A DNA stretch of 63,019 nucleotides. Source: a virus (Duplodnaviria > Caudoviricetes). Below the pieces are notes generated by a model that saw nothing but the letters and a program-made list of their open reading frames with translations, ran no database searches and was not told where the DNA came from. Location of the stretch: IMG/VR virus record IMGVR_UViG_3300012855_000002, positions 1-63,019 of that record; one strand, 5' to 3'. Shown here piece after piece: positions 34,986-42,239 of this stretch. The position numbers were made by a program, and so were the translations under genes. The first letter of the stretch is position 1. Every line of letters starts with the position of its first letter.

Positions 34986-36029
34986 ATGGCCCGTCGTCCG
35001 ACCCAACGCCAGATATTTGAAGCGCTCGAAGCGCGGTTCGGTCGGGAGATCGCAACAGCCTTCACGGAATCCGTGGACGATCTTCGCGCCGGGGTTTCAC
35101 TGGCCGATGTGATCGAGGCGCTTGAGGCCGGAGATATCGAACGGGCGGTGAGGGCCTTCAATCTGGATCCGGCGGCTATGCGCCCCCTGGAACGCGCCAT
35201 TGCCACGGCATATGAGACGGTAGGCGGGCAGATCGCCGCAAATATCTCCGCAGCCGCCAGCCGGGCAGGGCTGACCACGGTCCTGCGCTTTAACCTGCGC
35301 AATCCGCGCGCCGAACAATGGCTGTTTGAAATGTCCAGCCGGAACGTGACGGCCATTCTGGAAGACCAGCGTTCCGCAATCCGGGAAGCCCTTCGCGCCG
35401 GTATGGAAGCGGGCAGGGGGCCGCGGAATACGGCTCTTGATATCGTGGGGCGGGTGAGCAAGCAGACCGGGCGCCGCGTCGGTGGAACCATCGGCCTGAC
35501 CGGCCAGCAGAGCGGCTATGTGGCCTCGGTCCGTGCAGAGTTGGCGTCTGGCGATCCTGCCCAGATGCGCAACTACCTGACCCGCGCACTCAGGGACAAG
35601 CGCTTCGACGCCACGGTGCGCCGGGCTATCGAAAACGGCGTCCCCGTGGATGCCGACACGATCACCCGCGCGACCGGGCGGTACAGCGACCGGCTCCTGA
35701 AGCTGCGTGGCGACACCATCGCGCGGACGGAAAGCCTGCAGGCCCTCAACGCTGGCCAGAACCAGGCCTTTCGCCAAGCCATTGATGACGGCATGGTCGA
35801 GGCAGACGCGGTCACGAAGGAATGGGACAGCGCCGGTGACGGCCGGGTCCGGGACAGTCACGCCAGCATGGATGGACAGACGGTCAGGATGGACGAAGCC
35901 TTTACATCGCCATCCGGAGCGCGTCTTATGCACCCGCTCGATACGAGCCTGGGCGCGCCGGCCGAAGAGATCATAGCCTGCCGGTGCCGGGCGAAGTTCC
36001 GCATCGAACGCTTCCGGGGGCTCGAGTGA
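34986..36029 (+). CDS. Minor head protein (Mu gpF / SPP1 gp7-like)
   Basis: IARTE, K.W....D.RVR.SH..MDGQ, P.D.......E...CRC. Confidence 0.85.
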   Translation: MARRPTQRQIFEALEARFGREIATAFTESVDDLRAGVSLADVIEALEAGDIERAVRAFNLDPAAMRPLERAIATAYETVGGQIAANISAAASRAGLTTVLRFNLRNPRAEQWLFEMSSRNVTAILEDQRSAIREALRAGMEAGRGPRNTALDIVGRVSKQTGRRVGGTIGLTGQQSGYVASVRAELASGDPAQMRNYLTRALRDKRFDATVRRAIENGVPVDADTITRATGRYSDRLLKLRGDTIARTESLQALNAGQNQAFRQAIDDGMVEADAVTKEWDSAGDGRVRDSHASMDGQTVRMDEAFTSPSGARLMHPLDTSLGAPAEEIIACRCRAKFRIERFRGLE

Positions 36030-36259
36030 AGAAACAGATCACCAACGCCATGCAGCTATCCGTGAGGGCTTGCGCCGCCCGCTCGGAGCTGGATGCGGTG
36101 ATCGAGCAATTCCGGGCAGCCGTGATGCGACAAGACGGGCAAGCAGCCGAAGCCAAGCGGCAAGAGGCCATGGCGCATCTGGAAAGCTATCTCGACATAT
36201 CGCGGGACGCCATTGAGGCCTCTCATGAAAGCGTGTTTCGGCGGCTTCTAGGCGACTGA
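36026..36259 (+). CDS. Hypothetical protein
   Basis: GTGA overlap. Confidence 0.5.
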   Translation: MKKQITNAMQLSVRACAARSELDAVIEQFRAAVMRQDGQAAEAKRQEAMAHLESYLDISRDAIEASHESVFRRLLGD

Positions 36260-36262
36260 CAA

Positions 36263-36676
36263 ATGGGACAATTCAGTGCGAAGGTGAATGCGTGGGGCCG
36301 CAAGACTCGCGCAAGGCAAAACGCTGTGCATCGCCGGGCGTCGGAGCTTCTGTTCGAGGCATCCAATCTGCCTGTCGCAAAGGGCGGCAAGATGCCGGTT
36401 GACCTGGGCTTCCTGAGAGCCAGCTTTGACGCCTCGCTATCCGGGATGCCTGTTGGTCCGCAACGGCCCGATGAGGGCGGAACGCCAGATAACAGCGGCA
36501 ACATCGCAATCGTCCTGACGAACGCCTCGATCACGGACACAATCTTCGCCGGCTGGACGGCGGTCTACGCTCGCCGCCAGGAATACGAGCACTACGGCTT
36601 CGCCCGATCCGCTGCGGAGAGCTGGCAGGAATTCGTCGACCAGGCCGTGCGGGAAGCCAAGGCCTCTATCCGATAG
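36263..36676 (+). CDS. Tail completion protein (HK97 gp10-like)
   Basis: MPVD.GFLRAS, W...YA...EY, A..W...V. Confidence 0.78.
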   Translation: MGQFSAKVNAWGRKTRARQNAVHRRASELLFEASNLPVAKGGKMPVDLGFLRASFDASLSGMPVGPQRPDEGGTPDNSGNIAIVLTNASITDTIFAGWTAVYARRQEYEHYGFARSAAESWQEFVDQAVREAKASIR

Positions 36677-36686
36677 GAGCCCCATC

Positions 36687-37127
36687 ATGGCCGTGGTCAA
36701 GATCCACAGCGCAATACTCGACGCGCTGTCCATTCACTATGCCTTGTTCGAGCATGACGACGTGTCTGTGATTGGGCATCTCGGTATCAAGGTGACGCCG
36801 CCGGACTCCGGCCTCTGGCTGGAAGCGGCCCTGATCCGCAACACGTCTCAGCAGCCCTTTCTGGCGCATGACGCCACGGTCTATGAGCGCGGCATCTTCC
36901 AGATCGGTGTTTGCGATCGGTTGAACCTGGGCGAAGTCCGAAGCGCGGAAGTCGCCGAAGCGGTCGCCGCGCATTTCAAGGCCGGAACCAAGCTGACCAG
37001 CGACGGCATCACGGTCGAGATCAACCGCCGCCCCGATGTGGCAGCAGCCGTCTATTACGACACCAAGATCATGACCCCGGTGAGCATCCCGTACATCGTG
37101 GAAGCTCCCGGCGAAGTCGAAACCTAG
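36687..37127 (+). CDS. Tail terminator protein
   Basis: GIFQI.V....G......A..VAAHF..GT.L, PVSIPY; position before the tail tube. Confidence 0.72.
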   Translation: MAVVKIHSAILDALSIHYALFEHDDVSVIGHLGIKVTPPDSGLWLEAALIRNTSQQPFLAHDATVYERGIFQIGVCDRLNLGEVRSAEVAEAVAAHFKAGTKLTSDGITVEINRRPDVAAAVYYDTKIMTPVSIPYIVEAPGEVET

Positions 37128-37172
37128 TTCGCGCAACCAGCGCAACCGGTGCGGTCCCGAATGGCCGCTGAT

Positions 37173-37193
37173 GGCCCCACACGGGGCCTTTTT
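37173..37193 (+). terminator. Terminator-like hairpin before the tail tube gene
   Basis: GGCCCC-ACAC-GGGGCC-TTTTT. Confidence 0.55.
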
Positions 37194-37213
37194 CACACAA
37201 TGGAGATTGTGAA

Positions 37214-37681
37214 ATGGCCTTCAACACGGGCTATCGTGTCTATATCTGCGAGACCGCTCAGGAGGCGGATCTTGACCAAGCCGGCTTCGAGGCCCTGACG
37301 TGGGTCGAGGCTACCAACGTCGGCACCCTGCCGGATCGCGGCCAGTCCCAGGACGAGCTGACATATCCGACCCTGAACAATGGCATCATCAAGGGCAAGG
37401 GGCCGAAGAACTACGGCTCCGGCGACTTCGAGGTCAGCCGCAAGGGCACCAACCTTGGCCGTGATGCCATGGTGACCGCCGCGAATACCGAGCTGAACTA
37501 CGCCATCAAGCTGGTCGCCCCCGATGCCGTCTCTGGCTACACCGCGACCACGGAATACCTGCGCGGCCTGCTCTCCGGCCCGACTTATCCGGGCGGTGGC
37601 GCCGACCAGGCCAGCATCGCGCGCTTCAGCTTCTACAATAACCAGTATCTGCTGGTGGAACCGGAAGCCATCGGATCCTAA
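37214..37681 (+). CDS. Major tail tube protein
   Basis: F.ALTW.E...VG, KGKG..N.G motifs; strong SD. Confidence 0.8.
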   Translation: MAFNTGYRVYICETAQEADLDQAGFEALTWVEATNVGTLPDRGQSQDELTYPTLNNGIIKGKGPKNYGSGDFEVSRKGTNLGRDAMVTAANTELNYAIKLVAPDAVSGYTATTEYLRGLLSGPTYPGGGADQASIARFSFYNNQYLLVEPEAIGS

Positions 37682-37702
37682 CCCCTTCGTGTCGGCCAAC
37701 TA

Positions 37703-37732
37703 GGCCCCGGTTTCGGCCGGGGCCGCTTTTTT
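37703..37732 (+). terminator. Intrinsic terminator after the tail tube gene
   Basis: GGCCCCGG-TTTCGG-CCGGGGCC-GCTTTTTT. Confidence 0.7.
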
Positions 37733-37756
37733 GAAGACCAATAAGCGAGCTCAAAA

Positions 37757-38215
37757 ATGGATATCGCATCCCGCCAGCCGAATATCGATCCTGATGCCAC
37801 CGTCTGGGAAGACGTGAAGATCGGTGGAAAGAAATCTGGTCTCCGCCTGCAAATCCGCAGCGCAGAACATCCGGACCTGAACAAGCTGGGACACAAGATG
37901 TCCGGCCGCATGATCCGCCAGGGCGTCCTGATGAAGGGCATGACGGAAGACCAGCAGGACGAGCTGCTTGGACGCAGCCAGGAAGAGGCCGTCCGCGAAC
38001 AAGCGATCGGCGTCACGGTCGGCTGGGAATGGAGCGAGGATGAAGACGGCGATGCGTTCACCTATGCCGGCGAGGTCTGGGATTTCACCCCGGAGAATGC
38101 CCGCAAGCTCTTCGCGATCCTGCCCGAGGCCGTTGAAACCGCGAACATGACGGCTGCGAAAACCGCAAATTTTACCAAGAAATCGTCGAAGGGCTCGGTC
38201 AAGCCGTCTACCTAG
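37757..38215 (+). CDS. Tail assembly chaperone (gpG-like)
   Basis: Follows the tail tube; VGW.W, FT.ENA..L, ANF at a slippery site. Confidence 0.78.
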   Translation: MDIASRQPNIDPDATVWEDVKIGGKKSGLRLQIRSAEHPDLNKLGHKMSGRMIRQGVLMKGMTEDQQDELLGRSQEEAVREQAIGVTVGWEWSEDEDGDAFTYAGEVWDFTPENARKLFAILPEAVETANMTAAKTANFTKKSSKGSVKPST

Positions 38216-38568
38216 ACGCCCGGTACAATACGCCGGATCGCGCCGGCATCACCCACGCCATGTACGAGCGGGCATTCGGTCACGACATGCCGGGCCGCAT
38301 GGTCAAGGACACCCTCCTGGTCGATTGGCCGGCGCACACCGCGTATCTGCGCAACCTGTTTGATGCGATAAGCACCAGACGGCAGCGCGGACAAGAAGGC
38401 CCGATGACCATCACCCACAGCGACGTGGAAGCCGCTCTGCGTCGTCAGGGGCTCGATCTGGCGCCTTGGGAACACGCCGCTCTGGATGCCATGGAGGCCG
38501 GGTGGATGAAGGCCGTCAAGGAAGTCATCAAGGACGATCAGGAGCGGCACCAGAAACCGGGGAGGTGA
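38167..38568 (+). CDS. Tail assembly chaperone extension (gpT-like), reached by -1 frameshift
   Basis: In-frame A-AAT-TTT heptamer at 38167-38173; the -1 frame is open from 38173 into the 38260..38568 ORF. Confidence 0.75.
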   Translation, partial: KFYQEIVEGLGQAVYLDARYNTPDRAGITHAMYERAFGHDMPGRMVKDTLLVDWPAHTAYLRNLFDAISTRRQRGQEGPMTITHSDVEAALRRQGLDLAPWEHAALDAMEAGWMKAVKEVIKDDQERHQKPGR

Positions 38569-38587
38569 TGCCCCAAGGTTTTGGGAC

Positions 38588-38890
38588 TCAGTAGAAGAAT
38601 GATCGTTTTTCGACCTCGTCGGAAGACGCCCACAAAAGCCGACGAAGGTCCCGTAGGATCGCCCCGAAAGTAATCACACCAACACCACCGGCAAACACGC
38701 CTACCGCGCTAGAAAAGCTGACTATGCTGGCGCCGGACAACCCGTATTGTGCTGTCTCGTTGAACGTCCAAATGCCCAAAACAATCGAGAACAAACAGAT
38801 CAGTGAGCCGGTCATTATTGCCAACCATGAGACGAATGATCCAGGAATCTCGATCCATTTCTTGTCGCCGTCGCGATCTTCCGGTTCCAT
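38588..38890 (-). CDS. Two-TM membrane protein (moron)
   Basis: Antisense to the late genes, visibly lower GC, two hydrophobic helices. Confidence 0.65.
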   Translation of the reverse strand: MEPEDRDGDKKWIEIPGSFVSWLAIMTGSLICLFSIVLGIWTFNETAQYGLSGASIVSFSSAVGVFAGGVGVITFGAILRDLRRLLWASSDEVEKRSFFY

Positions 38891-38999
38891 GCAATCCCCC
38901 TACGTTGTATCGGAAGAAAGCTACTCGTTCGTAGGCGCTCTGGCCAGCCCCGCCAAAACCCGCTAGAAATACCTAATCTGGATGAACTGCGGGCAAGCC

Positions 39000-39491
39000 C
39001 TACGAGAGCTTTTGCAGCCTGATGTTCAGCTCTCCGGCGGGTTTGCTTCCACCAGGGTCGAAGTGCCTGCACCAGGCAAGCAAAAACCGAGCCTCTAGAT
39101 CTTTGCGTTTTCGTGCCCGAAGGATGACTGCTATTCGCTTCGCCGAACCGGGCGCAACTACATCACCATTGATCTTGCGGGCCTCGTACTGGTTGCGAAT
39201 GTTTCGAGCGTGTATCGCGAGATCGTCTTTGTTCGCGCGGTTCCAGGCGAGAGCCATGTCCTTCCTCAGAGGGCTTTCATTTAGCCGGGCGTTGAATTCG
39301 ATAGTGCGAGAAAGCTGCGCGTCTTGCGTCGCCTGATCCGCGAAGTGATCTATGCGCGTGACATTCTTGTAGCGCTCGTAAATCTCCGCCTCCTGGGCGC
39401 GGGTCATCGGGGCATCACGCTCAAGAGCCTCGCAGAGGTCGATTAACTCTGGGATTCCTGGCTCACTATCGGCCGGCAGGTTGTTCGTCAT
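39000..39491 (-). CDS. Hypothetical protein (moron)
   Basis: 163 aa, GGAGGGG SD, antisense to the late genes. Confidence 0.7.
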   Translation of the reverse strand: MTNNLPADSEPGIPELIDLCEALERDAPMTRAQEAEIYERYKNVTRIDHFADQATQDAQLSRTIEFNARLNESPLRKDMALAWNRANKDDLAIHARNIRNQYEARKINGDVVAPGSAKRIAVILRARKRKDLEARFLLAWCRHFDPGGSKPAGELNIRLQKLS

Positions 39492-39518
39492 GACGCCCCT
39501 CCAACAAAGGGTAAGACG

Positions 39519-39707
39519 CTAAGACTGCTGCTGAGCGAGGGCAAGCTCGACGAGGTCGCGAATGGCCTGTGGTCGCGACGGCTTCGGGTCTGGATGGGCT
39601 TCGATCCATTGATCGATGAGCGCCAAAAGGTCTTTGTGCATTCGCACTTGGACCGGCGTTCCAACGCCCGTAGCGGGCCGACCTATTTTTTTGGTTGCAG
39701 AAACCAT
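39519..39707 (-). CDS. Small ribbon-helix-helix regulator
   Basis: GRPATG.GTPVQVR....L..ID.W......PSRP.AIR.LVE.AL. Confidence 0.78.
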   Translation of the reverse strand: MVSATKKIGRPATGVGTPVQVRMHKDLLALIDQWIEAHPDPKPSRPQAIRDLVELALAQQQS

Positions 39708-39795
39708 TTGATTATGGTTGCATAAAGTCAGACCGAGGGGAAGCGGCAACTTCGCCCTCGGTCCTAACCAACGAGCGACCTTATGGGAGATCGCC

Positions 39796-39966
39796 ATGGC
39801 TGACCGCCACAATACCCAAACCCCGCCTTCGTGCGAAGACCTGCTTCGCATGAACGACATGACCGCCCTGCGCTATCAGCGCGAGGCGTCGCACCTCTTC
39901 GACCTGATGCGCATGATGGCCATTGATACGGCTGTCGCGGATATGGACCGGGAGATGCGGGCATGA
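39796..39966 (+). CDS. Small hypothetical protein
   Basis: GGGAG SD; preceded by a hairpin (39731-39763); ATGA coupling to the next gene. Confidence 0.5.
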   Translation: MADRHNTQTPPSCEDLLRMNDMTALRYQREASHLFDLMRMMAIDTAVADMDREMRA

Positions 39967-40169
39967 GCGAGCAAACCACGCTGCTGGTTCGGGGCCGCCC
40001 CGAAGTCACAAGCGAAGACGGCCTCATCGTCGTCTACATGGACGGCATCCAGATCGCGTTGACGCGCCACGCGGCGTTCAGCCTTCAGAACTCGATCGCC
40101 AACAAGATCGCGGCGCTGTTCGACAAGCCGCAGAGCGCGGAAATCCTGCCGTTCCGGGCAGCGAAGTAA
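39963..40169 (+). CDS. Small hypothetical protein
   Basis: 68 aa, coupled to the upstream ORF. Confidence 0.55.
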   Translation: MSEQTTLLVRGRPEVTSEDGLIVVYMDGIQIALTRHAAFSLQNSIANKIAALFDKPQSAEILPFRAAK

Positions 40170-40336
40170 CCAAGAAGCAACAGGGAATTCAAAGTTTTCT
40201 CGCGGAAGTTTGGGCCGCGAGAGACGCCCCCGGCTTGCCGGGTGGCAGGGGCGCCGGAGTGGTTTAGCGGCCGCCGGCGCCCCCAGTTTCATCCTCACGC
40301 ACCCGACCCAAACCGGGCAGCGAAAGGAGTCGTCAC

Positions 40337-41170
40337 ATGACGAACCTGACACAGACTGTCAATCCGCCCGCCCTTCTGACCATGAACTTCCACGGCGATG
40401 AAGTCGTGACGTTCGAGGCTGACGGTACCCGCTATGTGGCCATGCGCCGCATCGTCGAGAACCTGGATATGGATTGGGCCACGCAGCTTCGGAAGCTCGA
40501 AGGCCAGCCAGCAAAATTCAACTGTGGGCATATGCCTACAGTTGGCGCCGATGGTCGGGTGCGCGAAATGCTCGCAATGCCGGTGAACAAGCTCCCGCTC
40601 TGGCTGGCGACGATCAACCCGAACAAGATCAAGGACGCGGACAAGCGGGCCAAGATCGAGCTGTATCAGGAGCGCTCCGCTCAGGCGCTTTACGAGTTCT
40701 GGACGAAGGGTGTCGCTATTCGCGACGACCTGGCCGGCACCGTGATCTCCATGGACCCTCAAGTCATGCGCGCGATCGGCGGCATGATGAAGGGCGTGGT
40801 CGAGAAGCGGACCAAGGGCCTGGAGGATCAAATCGCCTCGCTCGCAGCCTATATCGAGGCCATGGGCGTTTCGGACCCGGAAAAGGGATCGGCGGTCGAG
40901 TTCGTCACGTCCAAGCAGGTCATGACGGACTTCGGTTTCCAGCCTGGCGAGATCCGCGGCCGGGCCGGGCACCTGACCCACCGCCTGCGCAAGTACTCGC
41001 TGGAGCATCACCACCCGATGCGCCTGACCTCGGAGATGAAGCGCAACCTGTTCCACGTCGACGCCGTTCGGGACTGGATGGAGGCCGGCGGCCGGAACTG
41101 GCTGACGAACAAGCTGGTCGAGGTCCGCTCGAAGCAGGTTGGGCAGAACGTGCTCAAGCTGGTCAGCTGA
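40337..41170 (+). CDS. Phage antirepressor (P22 Ant N-terminal domain)
   Basis: FHGD........YVAMR.IVE.L.MDW..Q..KL, DG..R.M...P..KL..WL.TINP.K, YQE....ALY.FW..G. Confidence 0.85.
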   Translation: MTNLTQTVNPPALLTMNFHGDEVVTFEADGTRYVAMRRIVENLDMDWATQLRKLEGQPAKFNCGHMPTVGADGRVREMLAMPVNKLPLWLATINPNKIKDADKRAKIELYQERSAQALYEFWTKGVAIRDDLAGTVISMDPQVMRAIGGMMKGVVEKRTKGLEDQIASLAAYIEAMGVSDPEKGSAVEFVTSKQVMTDFGFQPGEIRGRAGHLTHRLRKYSLEHHHPMRLTSEMKRNLFHVDAVRDWMEAGGRNWLTNKLVEVRSKQVGQNVLKLVS

Positions 41171-41206
41171 CGCGCTTTTCGGAAAGCACAGAATAACCAC
41201 CCCACA

Positions 41207-41226
41207 GGGGCCGCTTCGGCGGCCCC
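41207..41226. terminator. Hairpin between convergent genes
   Basis: GGGGCCGC-TTCG-GCGGCCCC; no U tract on the + strand. Confidence 0.5.
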
Positions 41227-41513
41227 TACCTCTTTGGAAGCTCCATTTTATCTTCGGTGTACTGACAGGCTCCGCATTGCATCGTGCGGGTCATGGCGCC
41301 GGCAGCTCCCAACTTCGGGTGCGGAGCGGTCTTTACTGTCCTGAATTCCAGTTCGCCGCATTTCGGGCAGGCTTCTCCGGGCGCCCGCGACAAACGCTCT
41401 TCTAGCGCAGCGATGCGCTTTTCCAGATCCGGGACCCTATCGGCGTTCTCGCGCATTTCTCGCCAGACGCTCCAGTGGTCGAGGATCGCCCTCAAATCAG
41501 AAAGGCCCACCAT
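41226..41513 (-). CDS. Small zinc-ribbon protein
   Basis: Coiled coil then CPKCG...CGACQY. Confidence 0.65.
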   Translation of the reverse strand: MVGLSDLRAILDHWSVWREMRENADRVPDLEKRIAALEERLSRAPGEACPKCGELEFRTVKTAPHPKLGAAGAMTRTMQCGACQYTEDKMELPKR

Positions 41514-41979
41514 GTCGAATTTCCCCCATTTCGAGCATGCGGATCACGGGATGACCCGGTTCCCGCCGAATGTTGAGCAGATCACCGTCAAGCGCGAGAC
41601 CGGCCGTACCTGGCTTGTGGCCCGTCGCAATGACGTTGAGCTTCGTTTCCCGCTGACCGGTGGGGATTGTTCCCACCTTGCGGGGCTTTTGACTGCTGCC
41701 GCGCTTGATGAAAACCGCGGCGTTCTCAAGGGGCGTGGCGAAGTATCACAATCTCTGGCGGCCGCCGATCTTTCCGACACCATCCCGTCGCAGGAGCCGC
41801 TCAAGGTTGTTATGGACCCAGAATCGAAGGCGTTCCTGGAAGAGATCGCAAGCCTTGAAAACACCATTCACGTAGAGCTGGCCGAGCATGATGCCGAGAT
41901 CGCTGGCCTGAAGGAGACGGTCAGCTGTCTTCAATCTGCCCAAGCAGCTCGCGAAGAGCAGCAACGGAAGCGGCTCTAA
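41512..41979 (+). CDS. Hypothetical protein
   Basis: AGAAAGG SD; start shares CATG with the divergent gene. Confidence 0.5.
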   Translation: MSNFPHFEHADHGMTRFPPNVEQITVKRETGRTWLVARRNDVELRFPLTGGDCSHLAGLLTAAALDENRGVLKGRGEVSQSLAAADLSDTIPSQEPLKVVMDPESKAFLEEIASLENTIHVELAEHDAEIAGLKETVSCLQSAQAAREEQQRKRL

Positions 41980-42139
41980 TAGCGTTCTGCGATTGCGTTT
42001 CGGTCTGTTCGCCAGGTTCGTCGAACTTCAGCATGCTCACCGTAACTATTGGGCCGGGCCCAGGTTTGTGGTGCCACGTGATGCGCCCATGGTTCTTCCC
42101 GTAATCGAGATTAATCCCACGCTCTTCCCATTTGGACAT
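41921..42139 (-). CDS. Hypothetical protein
   Basis: GGGAGGGG SD; MSKWEERGINL... Confidence 0.5.
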   Translation of the reverse strand: MSKWEERGINLDYGKNHGRITWHHKPGPGPIVTVSMLKFDEPGEQTETQSQNAIRAASVAALRELLGQIEDS

Positions 42140-42239
42140 CGTCCCCTCCCATGAAGAGCGGGAACGATAGCCACCCCACACGCCAGAGTCGAATCCGCCG
42201 CTCCACCCGGGGCGGCTTTTTCATGCCCGGAGGTAAGCC

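Noticed and set aside
40165-40200. Alphaproteobacterial LexA box upstream of the antirepressor
   Set aside because: Best match TAAC-N7-CAAC deviates in both halves from GAAC-N7-GAAC; not supportable
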